Assembly: GCA_951406725.2 (NCBI GenBank) | Contig: OX597828.1 | Location: 558,001 to 622,000, forward strand | Length of the DNA: 64,000 bases | Reading direction: 5' to 3' | Origin: Octopus vulgaris | Lineage: Eukaryota | Shown: positions 13,896 through 34,743 of the stretch, piece by piece | Layout of the letters: every line of letters begins with the position of its first letter | How positions within the stretch are numbered: the first letter of the stretch is position 1 | The notes under the pieces: model-generated | The model's database searches: none | Told to the model about the DNA's origin: nothing | What the model saw: only the letters and a program-made list of their open reading frames with translations | Translations under genes and position numbers: made by a program

Positions 13896-14228
13896 TATTT
13901 ATTATTATTATTATTATTATTATTTAATTGAACGCCATGCATCCATTTCCAAGTATCTGGTTTGCAAGATTTTTTTATTTGAATTCGTGTGCTGAAACAA
14001 ATTTTGTTCCGTCTAGAGAGAGTCATGTTGCCTTAATATCTAACACACTCAATTTCCACTCATTTATTATTGTTTTTTTTTTCAAAACTTTTCGTTGTTT
14101 TTGCACCCGTCTCAATGGATGTCGACTCTATCCATTGAGAAAGTTGAAAACCAACGAAAATTTTGGAAAAGACAGAATTTAAATAATGATTGGAAATTGA
14201 ACTGGTGAGTGTGTTAGATATTAATACG

Positions 14229-14288
<60 letters not shown>

Positions 14289-14290
<2 letters not shown>

Positions 14291-14645
14291 CGCAGGAGTG
14301 GCTGTGTGGTAAGTAGCTTGCTAACCAACCACACGGTTGCGGGTTCAGTCCCACTGCGTGGCATCTTGGGCAAGTGTCTTCTGCTATAGCCCCGGGCCGA
14401 CCAATGCCTTGTGAGTGGATTTGGTAGACGGAAACTGAAAGAAGCCTGTCGTATATATGTATATATATGTATATGTGTGTGTGTTTGTGTGTCTGTGTTT
14501 GTCCCCCTAGCATTGCTTGACAATCGATGCTGGTGTGTTTACGTCCCCGTCACTTAGCGGTTCGGCAAAAAGAGACCGATAGAATAAGTACTAAAAGGTG
14601 GTGCTCCAGCATGGCCGCAGTCAAATGACTGAAACAAGTAAAGAG
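14289..14645 (+). mobile_element. Octopus-type tRNA-derived CORE SINE with LINE-derived 3' tail
   Basis: A-box-like GTGGCTGTGTGGTAAG, B-box-like GGTTCAGTCCC, CORE-like CTTGGGCAAGTGTCTT, internal (TA/TG)n, and tail GGTGGTGCTCCAGCATGGCCGCAGTCAAATGACTGAAACAAGTAAAGAG. Confidence 0.85.
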
Positions 14646-15597
14646 ATATATACACACACGCACACGCATATATATATATCTCTTATTATAAAAGGCAGAT
14701 TTTATATGCCTCCCTTTGTCAGTTATAGAAATCTACAATATAGGATTTCTTCAATTACAATTTACTTAGCATTTTTAAGAGTAGAATGCATCGGATTTTG
14801 CCAGGTCCACTTTTTAAAATTTAAACTCCAATTAAGCAAAATTTACAGAAAACTCACATTCTGGTGTGTATGTCAAATGCTTTTCTTAATGTGGTTTACA
14901 CCACACGCACACGCACACACACAGTGTGCAACGAATAAAATTAAAGTAATTCACCTTTTGTAGTGAGTGACTCTTTCAGTCTGCCACTTCCTCTTTACAC
15001 ACATAGACACGCAAATATATAAATAAAATTGTAAGCTAACGTGCGTGTGTGTGAGTGTGTGTGTGCGTGTGTGTGTGTGTGAGGGTGCGTGTGTGTGTGT
15101 GTGTGTGTGTGCGTGAGTGTGTGACAGGAAAGTTTTTTAGGACGAATATAAGACCTATATCGGCGATGTTTCGCTTGTCGTAGCACAGGTTTCCGTAAAA
15201 ACTTTTATTTTTTTACATAAGTAATGAGAGCGAAAGAGACTAAGAGAAAGCGATTGTATGACGAGGGAAGTTCTTTTGAAGTTACCGTGCATGGGACGCA
15301 TTGATGTACATGTGTGTGTGTGTGTTTGATGGAGTGTGGGAGACAGACAGTATGTTGTGTAAGTGAAGTGCTTCTGTTAGTGTGTGTGAAGAGACAGAGA
15401 GAGTAATGTGTGAAAGAGAGATAACTGAATTTTTTTACTCGGTGTATGTGTATATGTATGTATGCATGTATGTGTGTGTGTGTATGTATGTGTGTGTGTA
15501 TGTATGTATGTATGTATGGCCGATTCAGTGTTTACATTTTTTACGGAAATCGACGAAAACGTGTGCTACGACAAGCGAAACATCGCCCCTATATCCA

Positions 15598-16075
15598 AGT
15601 AGCAAAAAGATCGCCCAAAAGTGTATATAGATATTTAAATGTATTTATATATTCATCTATACACAGATGTATGTATAATGTGTGTGTATATATTTCCATA
15701 CACGTAACCATTCACTCCGCACAAAGTTTTTTAGGACGAAAATAAGATCTAAAGTTATCTCTAAGTAGCACAGAGATCGCCCAAAAGTGTATATAGATAT
15801 ATAAATGTATTTATATATTCATCTATGCACACATGTATGTATAACGTGTGTGTATATATTTCCATAGAGGTAACCATTCACTCCATACAAAGTTTTTTAG
15901 CACGAAAATAAGATCTAAAGTTATCTCTAAGAAACAGAAAGATCGCCCAAAAGTGTATATAGATATTTAAATGTATTTATATATTCATCTATACACACAT
16001 GTATGTATAATGTGCGTGTATATATTTCCATAGAGGTAACCATTCAATCCATACAAAGTTTTTTAGGACGAAAAT
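15598..16075 (+). repeat. 166-bp tandem repeat, about 3 copies, inside the Helitron
   Basis: GATCGCCCAAAAGTGTATATAGATAT recurs at 15609, 15775 and 15941. Confidence 0.9.
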
Positions 16076-16322
16076 ATTTATATATAAAAGAAAGGTTGTG
16101 TGTCTGTCTACTCCGATTTAGATTCCTAACTACTCCCACATTTTGCGATGCAGTTTAACCAAAACCGGGTATCTTATAGTCGTGATTCATATCGAGCCCT
16201 TCTGGGTATTAGCGCGCGTCTACGATGAGTCTATGATTTTACAAATAATTTACCATCATTTTTTTCCATTTTAATGCATATTTTTTAAATAAACGGAAGT
16301 AACTCTCAAACTTCACACCAAT

Positions 16323-16844
16323 ATGCGTGCTCATATGCGACGTAATATCACATCAGCAGCATTTCCTCACACCCTCCTTGCACTTGGCGAAGGCAAAATA
16401 CCAGGGGATGAAAATGGTAATATTGCCATCGATTCCATTTGTACCATTGTTAAGGCGCCTTCTGATCTCAGAGATGCAGTGTTCCCAGATCTACAAGCTA
16501 ATTATCAGAATATGTATTGGATTGGCAAAAAGGCTATACTGGCCCCGAGGAATAAAACTGTTCACCATATTAATGATGAAATGCTAAAACTCATTCCTGG
16601 GGAAGTCTATGTATATCAGTCTATCGATACAACTCCTGACCCAGAGGAGGTCATCAACTATCCAATAGAGGTACTCAATTCCTTTGAGCACCCCGGACTA
16701 CCACCACACTTTCTCAAACTTAAAGTTGGTGCCCCTATAATGCTCATCAGAAATTTGGTTCCCCCAAAACAATGCAATGGCACACGTTTGATCGTTAAGT
16801 CCTTATCTCCCACCGTAAGCTTATATCAATATTTGTCTGAATAA
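16323..16844 (+). pseudogene. Helitron RepHel Pif1-like helicase fragment
   Basis: NMR...AILAPRN..V..IN...SID...YPIEVLNS...GLPPHFLKLKVGAPIMLIRNL...CNGTRLIV are hallmark Helitron/Pif1 C-terminal helicase motifs. Partial only. Confidence 0.9.
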
Positions 16845-17277
16845 TCATCATAATTCAGTGCAATCATTAACAGTACTTTCAAGCAATTCAGCCCCGAGCA
16901 ACGCCGGGAAATTCTGCTAGTATATATATATTTAACTTAATATTTAGTATTGTAGTATGATTATAGACATTCATATATGTATTTATTATATAATATATGT
17001 GGTTGTGTGTGTATGTATATATGTGTATATGATGATGTGTGTGTATATATATGTATATGTATATACATTTATTTATGTGTATGTGTGTGGGTGTGTATAT
17101 ATAGGTGTAAGTGTATATATTGAGTATTGTATGTATGTACATGTATGTATGAGTGTGCATATGTGTATGTGTGTGTATATATGTGTGTATATATGTATAT
17201 GTATGTATGTGTGTATGTATGTGTATATGTGTATGTATGTATATATATATGTATGTATATATATATATATGTATATA

Positions 17278-17963
17278 ATTATTGAAGTAGATAAATGAAT
17301 TATCTTATTACGGATAATTCAAAAGACAACCGATACCTGGGTAGCAAAATTCACAACAGAAAAAGCGCGGTTGAAGTTACGACCATGGGGCATAAAAACC
17401 GTGCCTTAGTGCGGAAATTTGAAGTTTTATATATTAAGTGTAGGAAAAAATGGAGCTGAACGAAGATTTAACAAAATTCCTTTATATTATTTTCTACATA
17501 TGTTTCGAAGGCTGCAAAGTCCCTAATTCGGATTGAATAAGGAGTCCATTTTGCAGCTTTCTCTTCAGGAAAATCCAGGAACTTAATTCTCCAACAAAAT
17601 GCACAACAAGCTTTTCGACAAACGCTCACGAGGAGCCCATGAAATAAATGACACAAACTGTCTATCTATATGCGTTGACGCCAGACTGTGTGAAAGCAGA
17701 AGAGATTGTCCGTTGAGATAGTTCTAGGTCAGAATCCGGTTGGCAGAAGGGGGTACAGGAAAATCAAAGAGTGTGAATGTATTCTGTATGACTGGTGTTT
17801 ATATTTGAATTATTTTAAGAATGAGTGTTAGAGTGTTTGAGTGTGAGAAATTGCTTTAATGTATGTGTGTGTGCGTCTATGTATGTGTGACAGTGTGTTT
17901 CGAAGGCAGAAAGAGAGAGAGATATAGCAGGTATTAACGGTTTAACATTTTTTCCTACACTTT
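17278..17963 (-). mobile_element. Penelope-like pLTR insertion with canonical hammerhead
   Basis: Hammerhead at 17489-17574. Short inverted tail AAGTGTAGGAAAAAATG (~17436) / CATTTTTTCCTACACTT (~17947). Absent from the duplicated flank at 18888-19322. Confidence 0.65.
17489..17574 (-). ncRNA. Type I hammerhead ribozyme (canonical core)
   Basis: Minus strand ATTTTC-CTGAAGA-GAAAGCTGCAAA...TTTGCAGCCTTC-GAAA-CATATG-T-A-GAAAAT: perfect 6-bp stem I, long stem II, palindromic stem III, GUA cleavage triplet. Confidence 0.8.
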
Positions 17964-19134
17964 ATATATGTATATATATATGTATATGTATGTATATTTT
18001 TTTATATATTTATGTATACGTATGTATAGTTATACTACAAATTTTAATAAGTATTTATAGATTTGGTTATGATCACTAATTTTAGCTTATAATTATAAGG
18101 GCATGGGAAAGACTTTATAGTATATTAGGGGTTACTATATAAATAAATTTTTATATATTTATTAATCTTATAAGATTTTTAGAATATATTTAATAATTAG
18201 TGGCTTTTAATCATTTAAATCATTTAATTTATTTTGTATTAAGTTTCATTTATCATAGTTATTTTATTAATAAATATTATAGTATAGAGAGATTTTATTC
18301 TTTATTTGTGACTTCATTCTATTTACAATGATAAACAAATAATTTTCCCATTCACAATCATTAATAAAACGTAGGTTCCTCACGCGTAATGAATTCTTCA
18401 ACAATTTATTCTTTTTTGCTAATAACGTAATTCCACGAGTTTTCTTATAAACGCTGTATAGACGTTTTCCGATTCAAAATTTTAGTTCATTGCTAAACCT
18501 CGCTAAGATAAGTATTTATTTAAGATCTTCAAATTGTAAATTTTAATATTGTATAAGTCTTTGGAGTAATAATATTCTCCTTATGTAAATATCGTTGTTT
18601 ATGTAATGATCTTATTATCGTAATTTTCTATATTATTAGATATTAAATTTAAGTTTATTCGTAAGATACTACTTAGCAATAGATTTGTTATTTGATAGCA
18701 AGCATACGAGGTGTATTAAGTTAGGCTTTTGTATATAATGTTTTAATAGTATTAATTGTAGTTTTAAATTTATAATTAAATTAGATAAACTTTGATAAAT
18801 TAGATATGTTTCGACTAAAGATTGGTCCAGGCCATGTCTAATTTAATAGCATAACTTAGTTATTTCTTTAAATTGATATTCGCTAGTATATGTGGTTGTG
18901 TGTGTACGTATATATGTGTATATGATGATGTGTGTGTATATATATGTATATGTATATACATTTATTTGTGTGTATGTGTGTGGGTGTGTATATATAGGTG
19001 TAAGTGTATATATTGAGTATTGTATGTATGTACATGTATGTATGAGTGTGCATATGTGTATGTGTGAGTATATATATGTGTATATATGTATATGTATGTA
19101 TGTGTGTATGTATGTGTATATGTGTATGTATATG

Positions 19135-19185
<51 letters not shown>

Positions 19186-19657
19186 GTATATATATGTATA
19201 TTTTTTATATATTTATGTATACGCATGTATAGTTATACTACAAATTTTGATAAGTATTTATAGATTTGGTTATGATCACTAATTTTAGCTTATAATTATA
19301 AGGGCATGTGAAAGACTTTATAATATGTTTAGACATTTATTTATAGAGATTATTTTAGATCTTAATTATAATATTTATATACTTTTATATATTTTCATTG
19401 ATAATTTATATATATTAGTCATTTTTAAATACTTATGTAATTAGATATAGACTAATACCGATATTAGATTATGGGTGGTTTCCTACCTTATAAATTAAAA
19501 TTAATATTTAACATTATAGTCGATTTTGATATAATCATAATTGTTAAGTTCTATGTTTCTAGTTTGATAATAGAGTTTATTATAAGTAAAATTATTATAT
19601 TATTTATATCTTAAAAATATTGTTTAAATATTTCTGATTATATTTTAGATATTTCAA

Positions 19658-19728
19658 TTACCTGAAGATTGACTGTAACCATAACTCGAATAATTACGAA
19701 TTGGACAGCCATGAAACGATCGTAGTGT
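19658..19728 (+). ncRNA. Type I hammerhead ribozyme-like fold (weakened stems)
   Basis: TAC-CTGAAGA-TTGACTGT...ACAGCCAT-GAAA-CGATCG-T-A-GTG. Core and palindromic stem III are intact; stems I and II have mismatches. Confidence 0.6.
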
Positions 19729-19862
19729 TTTACTCATTATCTTTGATTAAACTTTTAATACTTTTGATATATATTTAAAATAATATAAATTAATTAATTT
19801 TATGTATTGGCTTAAGTTTTTCATTGTTTGATTTGCCTAATAGTGGTTTTATCTCTAATTTA

Positions 19863-19944
<82 letters not shown>

Positions 19945-20304
19945 TTAAGTTTGAAAAGTATATTAGAGTATTCCAACGGATCATAATGCAATCCTTGTGT
20001 TGTCCTTTTGTACACCCTGATGATTTTCCACCCAAGATATTTTAAAATTTTAAAATGCAAGATTATACATAGATGTATGCTTTGTAATTTTAATTTTGGT
20101 TGAGAAATGAAACAATTGTATGTGAAGATGTTAATTAATTAATTTGTATCCATTTTCAAACTTAATAATAATTTTTGATATTTTATAATATTTCATATAA
20201 TATGTTCATTGAAGAAATATCTCTTCAAAATATAATATATTAAACCAGTGTATCTTGGATAAAAATATCCCTATAAATGATCTAAATATCCTCATAGTAT
20301 ATGA

Positions 20305-20344
<40 letters not shown>

Positions 20345-20409
20345 AAATCCATTTTGTCTATCTTTCTGTGTGCCTTCTTGGATCTCGGGCATCCTCCATC
20401 TGATTGCAC

Positions 20410-21067
20410 AAAGACAGTGCCCTGTGGAACACCACTCACTATTTGTGTGTTCATAGAAGTGGCTCCATTAACCACTACTGCCTGACTCCTATCTTTCGGG
20501 AAGTCATGTAACCACACTCCAAGTTTTCCAGCTATGCCGAGGTCACGCAATTTGTGGCATATCATACCATGATCCACCTTGTCAAAAGCTTTTGCAAAAT
20601 CAAGGTAGATTACGTCCACATTTGATTTGTTGAGTAACTGCCTCAACACCCAGTCATAATGTTGTAAGAGCTGGGTCAGTCAGCTCCTACCTGGTCGAAA
20701 ACTATGCTGGGTATCACTTAGCAAGTTATTTTCCTCAAGGAATGCGATTAGTTTCTTTCTGACTATCCGTTCCATGACTTTGCTGATGTGTGAAGTCAGA
20801 GAGATAGGCCTATAGTTTTTGGCCTCTGCTCTACTTCCCCCTTTATGTATTGGGCATATTATTCCCTCCTTCAGTTTGCTTGGCAATTTGCCATTTGTAA
20901 GAAAGCTCTGGAAGAGAATCTTGAGGGGTTTTGCCAGGGTATGCTTACACGCTTTGAGGAGGATTGCTGGGAAACCATCAGGACCAGCAGTTGAGTTTGT
21001 GTCCACTTCATCTATAGCTAGTAGGACATCTTCTTCGCTAATGTCAATGTATTCTATTGTAACTGCC
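20410..21067 (-). pseudogene. CR1/L2-group LINE RT fragment (family D)
   Basis: [11 protein letters not shown]...[10 protein letters not shown]...[13 protein letters not shown]...SGVPQGTV, with an in-frame stop. Sequence is distinct from families A and B. Confidence 0.9.
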
Positions 21068-21112
21068 TATAATATAATATAATATATATATATATATATA
21101 TATATAACATAA

Positions 21113-21144
<32 letters not shown>

Positions 21145-21833
21145 CATGCATATAGATATATGAAAAGCAAAGTTGTATAGGGATGCTAGTAATTTTAAAA
21201 TTGCAATTAAGAAATTTGATGTCAAAGGGTGAGAGAAGAAGAGAAGGGAGAGAGAGAGAGAGAGAATTAAAGGAGAAATGGAGGTATGATGTCTATTTTC
21301 TTAACAGCAATTTAAAAATTACTAGTGTTCCTAATACAACATTGCTTTTCATATATGTGTATGTGTACATGCATGTATGTGTGCATATATGTGTATGTGT
21401 ACATGCATGTATGTGTGCATATATGTGTATGTGTACATGCATGTATGTGTGCATATGTATATATGTATATATTGTAATTTCTTACATCTGTTATGTCTTA
21501 TTGATGCACACTGCAGTTTATATCCTTCCTGAAATAGATTAATGCATTGTTCCACATCATTCATCCTCTCAGATTTATTTTAATGCATCCATTGAAACAT
21601 ATGTTGGTGAAAAGGTGATATAAATGATTTAAATAACATCTCGAGCATTTGTCTGCATTTTCCATTATTCTTATGTTCTCCAAAACACGTCTTGCTTCTC
21701 CCCGGAATTAACTCCCTTGCAAGTGTGATCACTAACTCCTAGGATGCTTATGTGACATCTGGCTACCTTCTAATTGTTCTTCTGGATTTTTCCTATAAAT
21801 TGAACATTCGTAATATATATATATATATATATG

Positions 21834-22772
21834 ATGCATGTGTATGACGCATGTGTACGAACAGCCATGCTACATGGCAGTGAAACATGGGCTGTGACTG
21901 CTGAGGACATGCGTAAGCTCGCAAGGAATAAAGCCAGTATGATCCGATGGATGTGTAATATAAGTGTGCATACTTGACAGAGTGTAAGTACCTTGAGAGA
22001 AAAGTTGAACCTAAGAAGCATCAGATGTGGTATGCAAGAGAGACGACTGCGCTGGTATGGTCATGTGGCGAGAATGGATGAGGATAGCTGTGTGAAAAAG
22101 TGCTACACCCTAGCAGTTGAGGGAACCTGTGGAAGAGGTAGACCCAGGAAGATCTGGGATGAAGTGGTGAAGCACGACCTTCGAACTTTAGGCCTCACCA
22201 AGGAAATGACTAGTGATCTAGACTTTTGGAAATATGCTGTGTTTGAGAAGACCCGGCAAGCCAAATGAAACGATAACCTTGTGGCATATGCCAGGGGCAT
22301 AACCAGCCCACTTATGCGTACCTTTTCCTTCTTTGGACACTAAAACTCTGCTTGCGAAGACCTGTTGAGGTAAGTGAAATCAAAATCAAATTCGATGACT
22401 GGCATCCATGCTAGTAGGGTATTAAGAGCACCATTCGAGCGTGATCGTTGCCAGAGAGGCTACATGGCCTGTGCCGGTGGCACGTAAAAGGCACCATTCG
22501 AGCATGATCGTTACCAGCATCGCCTTACTGGCACCTGTGCTGGTTGCATGTGTAAAAGATTTGAGCGAGGTCATTGCCAGTACCACCTGACTGGCACGTA
22601 AAAGCACCCACTACACTCTCAGATTGGTTGGCATTAGGAAGGGCATCCAGCTATAGAAACTCTGCCAGATCAAGATTGAAGCCTGAAGCAGCCATCTGGT
22701 TCGCCAGCCCTCAGTCATTCCTCCAACCCATGCTTGCATGGAAAGCAGATGTTAAACGATGAGGATGATGAT
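21834..22772 (+). mobile_element. RTE-clade LINE, 5'-truncated 3' end with (GAT)n tail
   Basis: VYDACVRTAMLHGSETW...RRLRWYGHVARM...RGRPRKIWDEVV is a typical RTE ORF C-terminus. 3'UTR ends GTTAAACGATGAGGATGATG. Confidence 0.9.
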
Positions 22773-23025
22773 GATATATATATATACACACATATATATA
22801 TATACATACATATATATATACACATATATATATATACACATATATATATATATACACATATATATATACACATATATATATATATACACATATATATATA
22901 TACACATATATATATATACACATATATATATATATACACATAAATATATACACATATATATATACACATATATATATATACACATATATATATACACATA
23001 TATATATATACACACATATATATAT

Positions 23026-23088
<63 letters not shown>

Positions 23089-23102
23089 CACATATATATA
23101 TA

Positions 23103-24142
23103 CCATCCGATCGTGGCCGTCCGCCAGCCTCATCTGGCACCTGTGTCGGTGGCACATAAAAACACCAACCGAAGACCCGGCAAGACTAGTCAGGCCATAA
23201 CCCGTGGCCCCTACTTGGGACGTAGTCAGTCCACCTGTGCATACCTTCCTTCCTTCTTGTGACAGAAGACCTGTGAAGACCTGTTGAGGCAAGTGAAAAT
23301 CAAATCAAATCAAATCAAAATAGATGAACATCAATGGAATTTGTATCTTTGTGGTACCAGTGCCGGTGGCACACAAGAAAACCATCCGAACGTGGCCGTA
23401 GCCAGTACCGCATCGACTGGCCTCCGTGCTGTGGGCACGCAACAAACACCATCCGATCGTGGCCGTTCGCCAGCCTCATCTGGCACCTGTGTCGGTGGCA
23501 CATAAAAACACCATCCGAAGACCCGGCAAGACTAGTCAGGCCATAACCCGTGGCCCCTACCTGGGACGTAGTCAGTCCACCTGTGCATACCTTCCTTCTT
23601 GTGACACTTGTGAAGACCTGTTGAGGCAAGTGAAAATCAAATCAAATCAAAACAAATCAAAATAGATGAACATCAATGGAATTTGTATCTTTGTGGTACC
23701 AGTGCCGGTGGCACACAAGAAAATCATCCGAACATGGCCGTAGCCAGTACCGCATAGACTGGCCTCCGTGCTTTGGGGACGTAACAAACACCATCCGATC
23801 GTGGCCGTCCGCCAGCTCATCTGGCACCTGTGTCGGTGGCACATAAAAACACCATCCGAGCGTGGCCGTCTGCCAGCCTCGTCTGGCACCTGTGTCAGTG
23901 GCACATAAAAACACCATCCGAGCGTGGCCGTTCGCCAGCCTCGTCTGGCACCTGTGTCGGTGGCACATAAAATCACCCACTACACTCTCGGAGTGGTTGG
24001 CGTTAGGAAGGGCATCCAGCTGTAGAAACACTGCCAGATCTGACTGGCCTGGTGCAGCCTTCGGGCTCCCCAGACCCCAGTTGAACCGTCCAACCCATGC
24101 TAGCATGGAAAACGGACGCTAAATGATGATGATGATGATGAT
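23103..24142 (+). mobile_element. RTE 3'UTR-derived element with ~340-bp and ~60-bp internal tandem duplications
   Basis: Repeated CTGGCACCTGTGTCGGTGGCACATAAAAACACCATCCGA units. Tail GGAGTGGTTGGCGTTAGGAAGGGCATCCAGC...(GAT)n is shared with the 22600-22772 copy. Confidence 0.8.
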
Positions 24143-26385
<2,243 letters not shown>

Positions 26386-26387
26386 TT

Positions 26388-28128
<1,741 letters not shown>

Positions 28129-28140
28129 ATGTATATATAC

Positions 28141-28171
<31 letters not shown>

Positions 28172-28175
28172 TATA

Positions 28176-30954
<2,779 letters not shown>

Positions 30955-30959
30955 ATATA

Positions 30960-31017
<58 letters not shown>

Positions 31018-31022
31018 TATAC

Positions 31023-31114
<92 letters not shown>

Positions 31115-31267
31115 AACAATTAAGGAACGGCCATAATTAGGCCATTCCTTAATCCTTAATTGTTAATGTTGAACTTAAAAATGGTCTATGACTATTTAAT
31201 TTTTTTCCCACTGGGCCGCTGGTGGCAAAAAATTCTACAAAATTTTCCTTGCCACTCCTATATTGAT

Positions 31268-31301
<34 letters not shown>

Positions 31302-31323
31302 CATATATATATATACATATGCC

Positions 31324-31362
<39 letters not shown>

Positions 31363-31473
31363 TATATACATATATACATATATATATACATATATATACA
31401 TATATACATATATATATATACATATATATACATATATACATATATATATATACATATATATATATATACATAT

Positions 31474-31560
<87 letters not shown>

Positions 31561-31616
31561 CATATATATACATACATATATATATATATATATATACATA
31601 TATGCATATATGCGGC

Positions 31617-31821
<205 letters not shown>

Positions 31822-31877
31822 TATATACATATATATATACATATATATATATATACATATATATATATACATATATA

Positions 31878-33070
31878 TTTAACCTTAGGCTGCCTCAAGC
31901 CGTAATCCCATCTCTTCCCATCTTTCCGCCAGTGGAAAACTTGAAAATCGCCATTACCATTACGATTCTGCAATTTAAATTCCCAATTCAACTTACTTTC
32001 TTCTTCAATTTCAACTCCTGGTCGATGCCCGCAGCAAGTTCTTAAAAATTTATCTTACTCTTTTTTTATTTGTTGTTACTACGTTTACTACTTTCAAGCC
32101 TTCGCCATAACTTGATTTATCTTTCCTATCTCTCTCTCTACAAAATTTAACCTTAGGCTGCCTCAAGCCGTAATCCCATCTCTTCCCATCTTTCCGCCAG
32201 TGGCGGTGCGCCCGCCCCCCACCCCCACCACTAATACCGATGAACATTGTTCTCACCCCCACCACCAATACCGGTGAACACTGTTCTCACCACCACCACC
32301 ACCAATACCGGTGAACACTGTTCTCACCCCCCACCACCAATACCAGTATACCCAGTTCTCACCATCTACACCGGATACGCCTTACTCATCTACACCGGGT
32401 ACGCCCTACTCCCCTCCTCCTCCCCCCCCACTACCCCTTCTCCCCATATGCTTTCACTGTGAAAAGACAAGCTGCTAGCGCCATAGCTCATCAACTGCCC
32501 ACCGATCTTACGCTTCCTCCTGACACTGCCTCATTCCGACCATCCCCTTTAGTACCCTCCCGCCTCGTAATATCCTACGTTTTTATTTCTTAGGAACCTA
32601 CACCAACCCTTCCTGCCATCGTTCCTCCTTACCCCAACCTTCCCACTGGTTGCTCCCCTATATTACCCGCCTCAACTGGACCCCCCTCCCCAACTCAACT
32701 CTAGACCCCTCTACCAAATTACGTACCCATTCTAAGTACCCCGGGCTCCCCAAAGTACCCTGGATCCCCAAAGTACCCCGATCCCCAAAGTACCCCGGGC
32801 CCTCGTTGCCCCCGTGCCGCTGACACGTTAAAATGCTCGAACCGATCGTGACGATGCCGGATCCTCCGGCCCCTGTGCAGGTGGCACGTAAAAAGCACCC
32901 AATCCACTCACGGAGTGGTTGGCGTTAGGAAGGGCATCCAGCCGTAGAAACTCTGCCAGATTCAGACTGGAGCCTGGAGCGGCCCCTGGCTTCCCAGACC
33001 CGGTCAAACCGTCCAACCCGTGCTAGCGCGGAAAGCGGACGTTAAACGATGATGATGATGATGATGATGA
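31878..33070 (+). mobile_element. Non-autonomous RTE-tailed element with ~268-bp 5' tandem monomer
   Basis: TTTAACCTTAGGCTGCCTCAAGCC...CCGCCAGTGG at 31878 and 32146. C-rich linker with CACCACCAATACCGG repeats. RTE tail GGAGTGGTTGGCGTTAGGAAGGGCATCC...GTTAAAC(GAT)n. Confidence 0.65.
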
Positions 33071-33111
33071 TATACATATGTATATATACATATATATATA
33101 TACATATATAC

Positions 33112-33218
<107 letters not shown>

Positions 33219-33229
33219 TATATGTATAC

Positions 33230-33313
<84 letters not shown>

Positions 33314-33314
33314 G

Positions 33315-33435
<121 letters not shown>

Positions 33436-33455
33436 CATACATATATATATATATA

Positions 33456-33721
33456 ATTGAGTACATCAACATCGAAGAAGATGATATCACACTAGCCATT
33501 GATGAGATTGACACAAACTCAGCTGCTGGACCTGATGGATTCCCAGCGATCCTTCTCAAATCGTGCAAACGAGCCCTTGCAAAACCGCTACAGCTTCTTT
33601 TTCAGAGCTTTCTTGCAAGTGGTAAGCTCCCAATCAAACTGAAAGAGGGAGTAATATGCCCTATCCATAAGGGAGGTAGCAGAGCAGATGCTAAAAATTA
33701 TAGGCCTATCTCTCTGACCTC
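33456..33721 (+). pseudogene. LINE family A RT fragment ending at the gap
   Basis: [17 protein letters not shown]...KNYRPISLT, essentially identical to the 28.7-31 kb copy. Confidence 0.9.
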
Positions 33722-33821
33722 NNNNNNNNNNNNNNNNNNNNNNNNNNNNNNNNNNNNNNNNNNNNNNNNNNNNNNNNNNNNNNNNNNNNNNNNNNNNNNN
33801 NNNNNNNNNNNNNNNNNNNNN
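33722..33821. other. Assembly gap (100 N)
   Basis: Run of exactly 100 n. Confidence 1.
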
Positions 33822-33833
33822 TATATATGTATA

Positions 33834-34437
33834 CTACTGCTCCCAACTTTGGTCACCACACAATATAAAACAAACAGCAGAACTCGAAGCAACTCAGAGA
33901 GCTACACAAAGAAAATCGTCTCAATGCAAAATGTCAGCTACTGGGAAAGACTGAAGGTATTAAACCTCTTCTCCCTGGAGCGGAGGCGGGAGAGATATGC
34001 AGTGATATACATCTGGAAAATTCTGGAGGGTCTTGTCCCAAACTTTGGCATTCAAAGTTACTCCAACCGCAGAACGGGGCACCGCTGCGTGGTGCCAAGG
34101 ACTCCAACATCACCATCAAAATACAGGTCCAGATACTGCAACAGCTTGGGTTTCAGAGGACCACAGCTCTTTAACATCCTCCCTAAATGCCTGAGAGACT
34201 TACATGATGTGGATGTGGGTTTCTTTAAAACTAAACTGGATCTCTTCTTGTTGGGAGTCCCAGATGAACCTACCTCACGACAGGAGACACGGATGTGGGC
34301 AGCAGCATCTGAACTCCCTTGTTGATCAAGTGCCACGTATCAGAGGTGGATTCACAAACTAGTGTAGCTCATTCAGCGGTGGTGCCCCAGCATGGCCGCG
34401 GCCTTCGGGCTAAAACATTTTTTAAGGATTTTAAGGA
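33834..34437 (+). mobile_element. LINE family A 3' fragment
   Basis: YCSQLWSP...SLERRRERY...RGPQLFN and the 3' motif GGTGGTGCCCCAGCATGGCCGCGGCCTTCGGGCTAAAAC. Frameshifted. Confidence 0.9.
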
Positions 34438-34471
34438 TATATATATATATATGTATATATATATGTATATG

Positions 34472-34650
<179 letters not shown>

Positions 34651-34692
34651 GTATATATATATGTATATATATATATATATGTATATGTATAT

Positions 34693-34743
<51 letters not shown>

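Larger units (their letters stand above)
14679..16920 (+). mobile_element. Non-autonomous Helitron (possibly two nested/tandem units; second 5'-like end near 16076)
   Basis: 5' A|TC start (TCTCTTATTATAAAAGG). 3' GC hairpin CCCG-AGCAACGC-CGGG followed by CTAG|T at 16917-16921. Contains a Pif1 helicase fragment. Confidence 0.7.

Noticed and set aside
14289-14360. tRNA gene
   Set aside because: Only A/B-box-like motifs with no full cloverleaf. It continues into the SINE body.
16323-16844. Host PIF1 gene exon
   Set aside because: Sits directly upstream of a Helitron hairpin-CTAG end and has Helitron-type motifs.
18790-18845. Minus-strand GTCGAAACATAT resembling a hammerhead 3' half
   Set aside because: No CUGANGA box upstream, so incomplete.
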